Shown one piece after another: positions 36,901 to 49,455 of a DNA stretch of 64,000 nucleotides (positions are counted from its first letter, which is position 1; every line of letters starts with the position of its first letter). The position numbers and the translations under genes are program-made. Source of the stretch: Lobosporangium transversale (lineage: Eukaryota). The notes under the pieces are model-generated. The model had not been told where the DNA came from, did not search any database, and saw only the letters and a list, made by a program, of their open reading frames with translations. Location: the NCBI RefSeq assembly GCF_002105155.1, contig NW_019029020.1, positions 310,001 through 374,000 on the forward strand, read 5' to 3'.

Positions 36901-39900
36901 ATGGCGGTTCCGTCGCTTCTCCAACTTGAAGAGGCATGTCACATGGATTAACTCCAGTCATTAAAGATCATGGTTGCCTCTGCAATCCGATTAACAATTG
37001 GGACTTTCTTCTTCAGACTATGGATAATACAATGACGTGTTTTCGATGTGGCAAAAAGCTTTCAATGATTTTAACATATTTCGGGTCCAATATAGGTGAT
37101 CCAACAATTTTATGCGGGTCAGGATTCAGCTTACCAAAAATCGGCACAGGAGTATCTTCATAATTTGCAAAAGGAACCATTTGCTTGGGAACTGGCGCCT
37201 CGTCTGCTCTCATCTCAGGTACATTTGACAATCCTACATATAATCATTTTCGTACCTTCACCACGTTTCAGCAACTGAAACTACTTGTAACTCCTTCGAG
37301 TAGAGTGAGAACAGTCAGTTTTTTGGTGCACATACCTATCAAGTCAAAATTGCAAGGGATTGGTAAGCTTTTCGGTCAGAAATGAGGCATGTGGTACAGA
37401 AAAGGTGCTTCAGGAAGATCTCATCAATAGTCCTTACAAACATTGTTTGCCTCATTACACAGGAAAACAATTCCTGAGGATAGGATTGAATGGGTGCGCG
37501 GGGAGCTAATTAGATGGATTGCTCGCTACTCTAATGGGCCAGCTTTCATCCGAACAAAGCTATGCTTGGCAGTAAGTCACTCGTTTGAGTAAAACGTTTG
37601 ATTAACCCCCAATTGATGTCTATACTCCCTGGCACTGAAAGTTACTTGCCTGATTTATATCAACAAAAAAAAAAAAAAAAAAAAAAAAAATAGCTATCGG
37701 CATATGCCATTCGTGCTGTTCCCACATATTGGTCAGACTTCATTCGCAGCTTCTACCAGGACCTTCATGCACATCTCAATCAAAATATTGATGGTGTATT
37801 CATGTCACAGCAAGCAATGGAGGCTGCGTTACTTGATTTTATGACAATTGTTGCTGAGGAACTTAGTCGTGCTGAGATTGAACCCATGCAAAGGTTCGAA
37901 GACTTTTACTGCAATAATAGATCGTAGTTATAGGCGGTTAGATACCAGGAAATGAAACCGATGTTACTGTGGTTATTGAAATTACTCTTCCCGTTCTTAT
38001 GTCCTACACGATCGAAAAACAATAGGAGTCGGTTGTCTGGCGAAGTATCGACAGGTATTCCATTGATCATGTCCTTTATTCAGAAAATCCTCGTTGGCAA
38101 CGATTCCGCATCTAAACAGAAGGCTCTTATATGCTTCAAGAGTTGGGTTCAGTATGGAGTCGCTTTCGAGTAAGTCTATTGCCCAGTATATAATTTGGAA
38201 ATACCTTCATATCTACGTACTGCTTGAAAGGACCAAACTCTGGTTATTATTCACAAGAAACTCATTGTTGATGTCTTCAATATGTTGGCAGCGTAATTCA
38301 GCCTGTTTTGGGTTTGGCATTAAACTCCTTGCTGCATGACGAGACATTCGATGCTGCAGCAGATGTTTGGTCAGAAATCATGTCTTCTACAGCTGCGGCA
38401 AAGCACCAAAATACTGTCTGCGAAGGCCTGATGCCGTGCTTTGCAAGCGAGTGGGCGAGGGCTAAACATCTAGAGTCTATTCAGGGTATGTATAGCTGTG
38501 TTATTATTAGCATGGTATATTCCAACTGTCTAATCCCTTTTCTTTTCCAATGTTAGCTGAAAATGAAGATATCAGTAAAAGTTTGTGTCAGCTCCTGTCA
38601 ACGTTCGGGGACAATTTTTCAGATTGGATTGCTGCCAGATTCCTTAGGTCAGATATTGTGGTCTACCTAGAGATGATGATGGGTTTCGCAGGATTCCCTG
38701 GATACTACGCCGAAGATGAGACAATTAGTGATTTAACTCTCAATTTCTGGTATATGCTTCAGGAATCCTTAAGTGAGTTACAACCTGATGACGCAGATGA
38801 TGAAGATCAAGGCGGTATGATGAGTCATGAAAGCTTGGATGATGACCGGCATGTAATCTTGTCAACCATTTCGTCTGCGTCCTCCATCACTGGTCTGAAC
38901 AAAGAATCCCTGCAAACAATCAAGGAAGCCTCGGTCCATGTTTATACCCGATTAGCAGAAGTTCTCAGGAAAAAGTTGGAATATCCACCACACAAGGAGT
39001 GGATATCATGGGCGCGAGACATCAGACAGGAATTTACTGGTCACCGACAAGAGATTGCAGATACTTTGATCAACTCATACCATGTCCTTCATGATCAGAT
39101 ATTGTCGCTACTTATAGACACATGTATCATTCAGCTGGACGAAATTGGAAAAGTCTCAATATCAGGTAGCGACATTAATGAAAACTTACCGCTAGAGACG
39201 GCTTTTCTGCATCTGGAAGCGACTCTTTATTGCCTGAAAGCTTTATCAGAGGTGGTACCGCATAGTGAGAACATACAACTGCCTCGCTTCTTCAGTAATC
39301 AAGTGTTTGGAAGGCTCCCTACAAATGTCATATGTCGAGCTCGTGAAACTGCTCTGGGCCTTGTTGGTAAAAAATGTCGCGAACTTTTCTGCCGGAGCAT
39401 AAATCACTAAAATTCATCCAAGAAGTACTTAGTTTGTGATTCGTTCACTCCGTTTTAATAGGCTCCTACGCAGATTGGTTCAAATCCCACCCTCAATTCT
39501 TGCTGTCGAGTTTAAACTTTGTCATTCCAGCTCTTGAGGTTCCTCAACTAGCACCATATGCAGCCAAGGCTCTCAAGAATATATGCGATACATGCCGCGA
39601 GTTGCTTGTGGAGGCCATTGATGCATTTATGACTGTGTTTGCGAACGTAGAGCGCGCTATCGATCCTGCGATCAAAGGCAGCGTTGTTTTCTCAATCGCG
39701 ACTGTCATCCAAACTTTGCCTGTGGAACGCAGCATTAACCCACTTGTGGTATGATAGGCGCCTATGTTACTCAAAGATGAAACTGATTTACCAGGCCTTG
39801 ACCCTAACCAAATGCTTGATGTCTAGGGCCTATTGGGTGACATCTTTACAAGATCAAATGAATGTCTCGAAACTAGGAAGCAGCGTTTAGCAACTGGCGG

Positions 39901-41804
39901 TAACGAACTTACCGCTACGCATCATCAAGGTGCTAATGGCGAAACAGAATTGGAGCCACTTTCAGCCATGATGTTGCAGCAGCTTGAATTCCTATTGTCA
40001 TGCTGCCGTGGACTCCAGTCGCCACTTGAAGAAGAGATCCGGACTGAGGACGAAAGAATCCAGATTTATCAAAAATCAATAGAGGATAGGAACAAAGTAC
40101 TAGCTACAGGAGGCATGGCAGTCGAGTTGACGCGGTCTATGGAGCAAGTTATCCAAGGAACTATCATGGTTTGGCCGCATGAACCGATAATTATTGAGGT
40201 AAAAATATAGGGTCGTCTGTAAGAGTTTGTAACTCCATAAACTGCCTATCTACTCACACTGAAATAATTCCATTATGTTGCGCTATTTAGAAGGTGTGCC
40301 AAGTCGTGAAGTCCATGATGACAGTATCGCAATTCTCTCCGCTGTATCTTCCGTTTCCCACCTTAATCCATATTGTCGAAACCGGGTTTCGACAGCATGC
40401 TTTTCCATGCTGGCTTGATGCAGCTGCTAAGATTGTATCTGTGTATTACTTTGAAACTACTGGAGGTTCATTATTTTCCAAACTTGGGTCTGGTGCTGCT
40501 GCGACTAGTTTAAATGAGAGTTCAGCCTCAAGTTTATTTGACCGTAATGGGAAATCATCCATGGTGCAAGTAGTGGATTTGGAAGCCCATTCAAACTCCA
40601 TTAACATGCCTATTAAAGCAAGAACTCAGGCAGAACTAGAGAGTGAGACTGTGTTCACACATTTTCTATCAGCCCTTGTGAGTCGTACCATGGAAGGAAT
40701 ACAGTCTATGGCGAGTATGTTTTATCCTTGTTTTTATTTATTCTTTCTTTCTTTTGCAGAAAAATGATCTGAAGTCTGACACGAATATTCCAAACAATCT
40801 AGACATGGAGGAAAGCCCGGACATTGTTCACTCATTCTTTGCAGTTCTATCGCAGGTATGAGGCCAAATGACTTTGACTCAGTTTGCTGCGATGTAGCTT
40901 TGCATTATGCTATTTTAAACTGAATACTTACCATCGTGGTACAGTTCGTTCGCCATGCACCGCTTGCATTCTATAGTATCCCTCCAGAGCAAACAGATAA
41001 TTTGATGAACTTTGCCATAGCAGGACTTGCCCTCCAGGAACGCCTGGCATTAAAGGCTACATTATTATTCTTGGTAAAGCATGACATTAAAATAACTATG
41101 ATCATAAATGCTTTTTTAATGCAACTAATTTAGGCTTGTCATATTGTTATCGAGCAGGTAGAGTTCGTTAACCAGAACCATGACTACCCTGCGTTGCAGC
41201 AACGAGTAGATGCACTCATGACCCGGATAGGACCTCAGATGATGCGTGGCATTCTGTTTGTGAGTTGTTTTTTCGCGCTCCCTCTATTATGCTATAATAA
41301 TGAAAGATGACCCGTTAAACTTACCCATCTGTCTTTGCCCTAGGGTATTGGTGGACATGTTCCTAGGAGTATGGTGCCACAGTTGAATGATACGCTATAC
41401 CCACTCATTGGAAAATATCCTCAGCAATGCCGTAACTGGATGCAGTCCTTACTTGCAGAGGTAGCATAGAGTCCTTTGCTTTGATGCTTATTTGAAAAAT
41501 GCAAGCAGTCGAACTCACCCTGTTGTTATTTAAACATTAGCCTGGCTTTCCGTCCAAATATGCAGATCAAGCATCCAAAGAAAAGTTCATCAAAGGCATC
41601 ATGGGGTATGTACATTATTTAAAACCCTGTATTTAAACAGAAAATAATATCATAGATATTTGTATAGTTATCAATTCTTGGCCAATTTTTTCCACACTAT
41701 GGCCTGCTAGAACTCGGAGCCCCAAACGGTTTAAAGATGAGGTTCATCAATTCTCCAATAAGTGTCGGCAATTAGACGGATCTGTGTTTGGCTCTGCAAT
41801 TTAA
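36901..41804 (+). CDS. Importin-beta family karyopherin, importin-13/transportin-SR-like; many exons, first intron GC-AG
   Basis: IBN_N/Xpo1-like N-terminus (AQEYLHNLQKEPFAWELAPRLL, QFFGAHTYQVKIARDW, FIRTKLCLA), DETISDLTLNFWYMLQE, FTGHRQEIADTL, C-terminal RFKDEVHQFSNKCRQLDGSVFG. Confidence 0.85.
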
Positions 41805-42919
41805 TAATTTATAGCATCTTCCTTTTCTGGAGGGACTCGTATCCAACCTACACATGCTTCCCAGCTTTGAAACGGATCATAGCTCCAGCATAATCAGGAC
41901 ACTGCTTATATGAGACTCCTGAATGAAATAAGTAGTTCTGCGTAAAATGGTTATAAAAGGCCTCTTTTCCTTCTTTTCGTTCTTTTGAATTGTTGATTAT
42001 TTAAGAATCCTTGCTACCACGTCCGGAAATGATTCTAGGATATATGTCGTAGAATTTATTGGTTTTGTAATTGCTGTTGGAGTTACACTATGGTAGAAGT
42101 TTGAGGGGATGCTGTCCTCCCATACTGGAAAATGTAATGCCAGCCTTGTTCAGGCCATAAAAAGTCCGGGCGATGACAAATGGGTACTGTCATTTATGGA
42201 TCTCTTAAGTACGTTATTCATATGTTTAGTGAATCTATTGGTTCTTTTCTAGTTCCTATAGTTTGCTCTGGTGAAGCACAAGACCGCGGGAGATTCTGTC
42301 CCCCAAATGACATGTAAATTTGCCACAAAGCAGGGTGAATAGCATCTTTCGTCTTTCAAACATTTATTTTTCTCTTTGGGAATAAAACGAATCTTATCAT
42401 TAATTACCGTAGCTATTGTTTTTTATCGGCTTCAACTAAGGTTTCGCACAAATGCTATCAAAAAACCTTTTAGTGGTGTAGCCCTTGCTAAAAGACGTAT
42501 ACATCTTTTGTCAGGAAACGGAAAATAATTTACTCAATTTAATATACTTTTGGTGATGACTCAATGTCTTATCCATCGTCATGGCTCTCTTCCATGAACT
42601 CGGTTTCAGTATTTCAGGTCTCCTTGATTCTGACATGCCTCTTAACTACCGCTGACCAAAGTTAAGTACTCTTCAGTGCCTATAGCCGTATTAAAGCATC
42701 GAAGCAAATGCACTGCCACAAGGTCGTTTCTGGATCCAACTCGCATATTCCAACAAGCTTTATTCGAGCTATGCATCGCTATATAAAAGAGGTATATATT
42801 TATCCTTATTCCGCAATCCTTATCATACCTCCACCGCCCCTCCCTTTTTCTCCTCTTTCTGGGAAACACACAGGTGGAGATCACAAATCAAGAATGCTCG
42901 CTTTTACTACAGAAACAAG

Positions 42920-44761
42920 CGCAAGAGCGTGCTCTTGCTCTGGATGAATTGCGGTGACTGATTGCATCGAATCTAAGCCTGGACAATATAGCGGCATGTG
43001 CACTCGTCTCGAAGCAATGGCACCAGGACTGGAACCCAAGGTTATGGAGAGATATCCGCACGCATGTGCACTGCGATTTTATACGTCATGGTCACGGTTA
43101 GCACCTTAACATGGTCAAGCCTAAGGATTCCCAAGACCGGGGAACCATCATAGGCCACTGTCCTAATCTACAATCCCTCAAATTTGTAGACTATAATCTG
43201 ACACCTGCAGAGTTTGACTATCGAATATTTGGGATCCAGTCAATTATACTACCATCGCTGCAACAGTCTCTATCCGCTTCCACCACCGAAGGTCAACAAG
43301 AAACTTTAGAGCCACCACATCTTGAAACGTCACCTAATCCATTTACAGATGGCTCTCGGGCAATTAACGGCGGCTTTTGACCGATAGTCAATTATTTGAA
43401 CTCCACTTGCCACCCATTGTTTGTGAGTTTATCTTGCCGCGACTCATTCAGGCCGGTCATGCTGGTTGATATCAAGGGCTAGAATCGTTTTCCATGGGTC
43501 GGGCAGTTATGTTCTACACTTGTATCGAAATGCCGCCAGAAAGAACCATTTACGTCAAGCTTTCGAGTTCCCAAAATTAACTAAATGTTCGACTGGTGAT
43601 ATTGAGGTCATTGACGATGTCGGTATTAGCTCTGGAACGACTTTTGAACGAGATAACAACAACCATACGGACACATCTGACTTTCATATCAGCACTCCCC
43701 AGTATTCCCTAAAAAGCCTTTCGATTGCACCAGCTACAGGGCCTTTGCTTGAAAGCGTCATTACACATGCACCTTATCTCACATGCCTTACAATCTACAA
43801 AGGCAGTGAGCAAGCTTTAACTCGAGCCATCCCAAAGCTTTGTCCGTATCTTATCTCCTTGACTCTAAGATTGGATGGGTATAGATATGATGATCATGTT
43901 TGGGACCTTTTATTCCAGGGGCTTCCTCAGCTAAAGGAATTCAACATCACAGACGCAATTTTGTCGACTAACACTCTTATGGTCCTTACTCAGTTTTGCC
44001 CAAAGCTCGAGTCCTTTAATACGGACGATGACTGTAAGGTGTCATCTCCAGGCATCTCTTTTATGTTAAAGAAATGTCTTGCACTAAAAAAGCTCAGTCT
44101 GGATCAGAGCTACGGTGTCGATCTATTTAAGCCTATTACTATTGCTGCGCCTACAATCAACACTAATAGTAACAATAATGGCAGCGGTGCTATCGAGAAA
44201 ATTGCTCAGTAACCGTGGAGAGCTCCTCTAGAGTCGCTCCGCATTGATATAATTATCCTGTATGGCGAGGAAGAAAACAACCTATTTCGAGAACGGATGC
44301 GACAGCTACTAAAACTTGAAAAGCTTGTCATCACATATGCGTTCAAGATGTCTGGGCGAGCATTTTTCATAGATAGCGCTACTACTATCACCGGAGACAA
44401 TGGGAATGGTCTACATGTGAACCAAAAGACCGAAGCAGATGGGAAAGATGGCGGTAATAATGTTCTGTGCCGTGGCTATAGTTGCTGTTACCCAGATTTG
44501 GAATATTTAAATGTGGGGGGTTTCAGGGATGAACAAACAAAAATGCTTATCAAATTTGCGATAACCATGCCGCGATTGAATACTTTCAGGAAGAAATTGA
44601 GCAGATGCGAAAGAAGCATTTATGACGAGGATAAGGAGGACTATTGCCAGGACCTCTTTGGCATGAACGTTGAGATAAAAAAAATGATAATATACGAAAT
44701 ATGGTTTAGAGTAACTTCCTTAGTAAAAATGGCAAGTTATTATTGTTATTACTATCCTTAA
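42920..44761 (+). pseudogene. Disabled F-box/LRR (RNI-like) gene
   Basis: The F-box ALALDELR*LIASNLSLDNIAACALVSKQWHQDWNPRLWRDI has an in-frame TGA (42955). Further stops lie at 43099 and 44210 (KIAQ*PWRAPLESLRI), with frame changes around 43380-43470. LRRs include LCPYLISLTL, GLPQLKEFNI, FCPKLESFN and KCLALKKLSL. Confidence 0.8.
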
Positions 44762-44793
44762 AAGAGCTAATTGGGAGAGTATTGAGTTATAAT

Positions 44794-46775
44794 CTAGCTT
44801 GTCTGGGAGTCAACACGATGCCTCAGTCTAACGGGCAAGCCATGAGCCATAGGCAAGGTCAATGATGGGTGGTAGGCAGGCTCCTTGTTAGGCTCCACCA
44901 GCTCGAATGTAAACTTTTGCATAAGCATCGACATGACTGTAATAGCCTCGATCGTTGCGAACTGTTGCCCCAAACTACATAAATAAATAAGGATAACGCG
45001 GTTATAATCATGATATTAGAAAATTGTAAATACATGATAAGACGGTTTAAAATGAAGTAAGGCAAGAGGAATTTTCCTTACCAAGTGCGAGGCCCCAGAT
45101 GGAAGGCTACAAACTTTGCTTGTGAAGGCTTTTCTCCTGTGAGCCAGCGCTCGGGCTTATAATCGGAAGCATCAGGGCCCCAGATAGAAGTACTACGGCC
45201 CATAGCCCACGAGCTCCATGCAACTTTTTCGTTCTTGTAGACTTTGTATCCACCAGGCAAGACATCATCCTCGACACAGGTCTTGATGTTCTTGGGAACG
45301 GAAGGATAGAGCCTCAATGCTTCATGAAAACAAGATTCTGCGTACTTCTGCTGCTTCGTGGACTCATATGTAGGAGCCCCACCTTGAAGGATAGTGTCTG
45401 TCTCCTCTACCAACTTTTGAACGATATTCCTATTGGCTCCTTGACGGTGTATCAGATAAAAAGTCCAAGACAGTGCCTGTGCGGTGGTATCACGGCCTGC
45501 CAAGATAAAGTTGTTGAGGGTATCCTTCAACATTTCGTCTGTCAAAGGTTCGCCATTTTCATCTGCGGTTTCCATAAAGAGCTGCATCAGGTCCTTATGA
45601 TCTTTTTGGTTGCCATGTTTACGACGGTGACGGATGACACGATATGCAAATTCATTGACGACCTTGGTATCCTTGTCCACTTGATCCAATTCGCCATTCC
45701 ACCAATCCTTGAGCTTCCAGATAGGGATCATTAGACGTTCTGAGAGCGCATGATTTAGGCGATCGAAGGCCGCAGCAAATGGTACTTCATCGCCGGGTTT
45801 AGTGAGAGTCCCGAATGACTGGCCGAACGCGATCTCACCGAATGAATCTTGATAGCAAATGAATAAACATATAAACAAAACAAAACAAAAGCAAAAAAAA
45901 AAAAAAAAAAAAAAAAAATCAATGCTTCTATTCAAGTATAATAACAAGCTCGTCATCATGGAATTTTTCAGCATCGTAGTTGACTACTCACCCAAAGTAT
46001 ATTTATAGAACAAGTCTTGTAGGTCAACAACTTCACCGGAATCAGCCTTTTTGGAAAGGTAGTCTATGACCAACTGTGCCTCTTGAACAAAGACTGTGCT
46101 GGTGTAGTTACGGAATGCTTTGACGTTAAAGATATGACTTGCAACTTTTCGTTGCCATTTCCAGTGCTATTAAATATGCAAAATTGATGAAATACTGATT
46201 AGAGGCACTTATAGAAGGGATTATAGCCTCTAAGACGAGGAAGTGAAAGTCATTTTTACCTCGCCGTCTGCGCCAAAGATTCCTAATATGCCCAAAAAAT
46301 GTAAAGATTAGATCAATTTATTTCTATACTCCAACACTTTATTTTATTTTATTTTATTTTTTTTACCTCCACCAACCAAGGGTTCCAACGCCATTCTCAG
46401 ATGAGGACCCTTCTCATATGCCCAAAAGTTGACTCGCAGCACATGGTCAACCATCTCTGGATCCGCGATGTTCAACACACGACCAACACCTGGAACTGTC
46501 AAAGCATAGATTTTGCCATAGCGAGCATGATTGGCCGTCTGTCTCTGCAAAAGCTGGTTTCGGGGAAAGAAAATGACTTGAAGCAAATTTCCGATCAAGG
46601 GAACAGCGAGTGGGCCAGGAATATCAAACCGGCTGGGTAGGCCATAGACTGAGTTGCGGTATTTGAAGATGATGTAGAGTAAATAAGCGCCAATGGCCTT
46701 GGAGACATTGGATCGAGTCAAGAGCTGAGCTAGCAAGCGCTTGATCTGCGAGGTTTGAGTTAATGCAGTGGACAT
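44794..46775 (-). CDS. Cytochrome P450 (CYP86/CYP704-like fatty-acid hydroxylase clan), 5 exons including a 23-nt microexon at 46282-46260
   Basis: PGPLAVPLIGNL, GIFGADGEHWKWQRK, I-helix ILAGRDTTAQ, EALRLYPSVP, PERW, and the heme motif FHLGPRT|CLG split by an intron. Confidence 0.95.
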
Positions 46776-47238
46776 GACTAGAATAAATATACTGTGCCTT
46801 TGTATCTGTATAAATGAATATTGTGTATGAGATAAAAGAATGAGAAAGTAAAAAAAAAAGGCGAGCCGAGAAAGTGAACCGGCTGACTTTTTTGTCTGTT
46901 TCAGGAAATAAAGATATCAAGGATACTCCACGTTTTTTTTAAATCCGATAAAAGAAAATAGGTGAACAGAAGGGTTGAGTGCTGTGGAATAAACAAGACA
47001 AGATAGGAGAGAGATGTGCGTTTAAAGGATGTGTGCTTGGTTTATATATTAGTTGACAAGGCTCTGAGAGCCGACCCATGCGAAACGAAAATTTCGTATT
47101 CCGATCGATCACTTTGGCTTTATAAAGCATCATTGCCAGGTTTGTATAATATATAGTGCTGCCTTGACTTCGCAATGGCTCGCATCGCCCTGCTGCGTTG
47201 ACTTCGCAAGCTCGCATCACCCTGAATGACTTCAACGA

Positions 47239-47269
<31 letters not shown>

Positions 47270-49455
47270 TTCCTCATTTTAATAAGCTTGAATTGTCCAA
47301 AAAGGAAATCGTCCTTACACCGGGAAAAATTCAACCGCACTGTATCACTCAGGAAATATCTTATCCCATCGTTCCGTCATTTTGAGGTGTAGTTACAGCA
47401 GGTTTTTTTTTAAAAAAACTTGAATGTTGGACAAATGCAGTATTTGTTTTTTAACTGATCAAAGCAAATGCAAGATAATTTTTACCACGCTATCCTTACA
47501 ACAGCGCCCTTGGAGAAAGGTTGGACAAACCTTCATCCTCCACAATATTAAACACAGTACGAAGAATAGATGATGAAGATGCACGACTGAAAGTAGATCC
47601 TGATATCGATAAGATACTCGTCCTTTAAACTCATCACATTCCATGACTAGAACAATTCACAGGGACGTTATTTAAAGTCTAATATACATACATGTATTAA
47701 AAAAAAAAAAAAAAAAAAAAGTGGCCATTTTCTAAAGTCCAGGTACGTAAAAGCGAACGAAGATTTAAAATACTGTTAATCAGGGACGCCATATGAAAGA
47801 GTCGCTATCCACTTGTAATGTGAGCTAAATGGGATCCCATATTTACTCTCGAAGCAAGCGAGAAAAGAAATGTCCAATGGTATTACCAAGAACTTTATAC
47901 TCGGCATCAGATAAATTTTTATTTTCAACATTCCATCTCCCCACCCTGTTTTCCATGAAAAGTTGGACCCGCCACCCCAATTCTAGAGTGTATTACAAAC
48001 ACGTGCCGTCTTTTTTTCAGACTTTTCGTAGGTCAAATACGCGTCTACTAGGCAAAGCGTGAAATGTACCAAATGACTAACTTCTACAAGTAAAACGTTT
48101 TAATTCCTTATCTAGCATTTAACTGCTTTGCTTAGTAGCTCCTTGACTTTATTCTTTCATGAGAAACATGCAGAGATGGCCAAGGCACCGAAACCTTGAC
48201 TGGCAACAAATGTTCTGATTTTCTGATTGGCTGATGAAGACAGAAAAAGGAAGGGTTTTCATCCGTGCATCTGAAAGATGCTGTCATTTGTAAAAAGATA
48301 ACCAAAGGACACAAATCTTTGATCAAATGTGAATATGCCGAACAGTCTGTTTTCAGCATAAAAAGATGGATCTAATGACGACTGCGATGTGTCTGACAGT
48401 GAACATTAGCTGCAGAGGTCAGGTTAGGGTGCATGGGTCGCTTGCCGATGTTCTTGAATGAAACAAGTGTCCGAGAGTAGAAAAAGTGGTCCAGTGAGAA
48501 GGAAGATTAAAAGAGAGCAAAAAGAATTTTTAAGCTATCAGGCTAGCCTCGGGCAAAAAGATAGATGAAAAATAAGGATGCATGGCATGAATTCAAGGAT
48601 CACTAAAGACTTAAAACAGCTCAATATCACTATCTCCATTCCTCTTAGCGACCCTTTTTAATTGTTTCTGTTTGTGTCTCTTTTTGGTGTCTGTTCCCCT
48701 GGCTCACAGAAACACTTGTTCTCTTTTCTTCTTTTTCCTCGTTTTCAACTATAGAACAGCATGAGCCTTAGCATAGACTGCATTCATCTGTATGTCCAGC
48801 ATGTCTTGTTGTCGTATTGTCTTTTCTCTCCCCGTCTGTGTCTGAATATATGTGTTTCCGAATGTGTTGCTTCTAAACTGTTGCTTCACAACCTTGATCC
48901 ATTTTCTTGACATCCCTCTGCCTTTCAAACACCTCAACAAGTAACAATAACAATACACCCTCCAAAGCAAAGCACACGGAGAGTGAGAGCGAGAGAAAAG
49001 ACAGAGAGTTGTTTCCGATGGTTTCGCACAGGCTTCTGACAAAAGCTTCTTCATTCTCTCTCGTCAAGGATCGTTCATCATTTTTCTACATAAGGATCGC
49101 AGCTTCTTCTGCTTTCCTTCTCCTTCCCTCAACGCTTCTCCTGGGACGCAAACCCTAGCCCTTTTTTCTGTCTTTTTTATTGTACATACACACTCCATTA
49201 AAATAGAAATCGACCCTATATTCCTCACCACCCTTCTGATAGTCTCCTCTTTCCTGTATATATTTATTTCTCCTCATTTGCTTCCCATTTGCTTCTCATT
49301 TGCTCTTCATTGGCTCATTCAACATTTAGTTGCAATCTATTGAAGAGAAGAAAATTTAGACCCTGCAGTAAGTCAATGTGCTCCCAAAATAAATAGTCCG
49401 TGAGCACAAAATAAAAAGAAACTCATTGTTGATCTCTATCTTCATTGTCTTCAGT

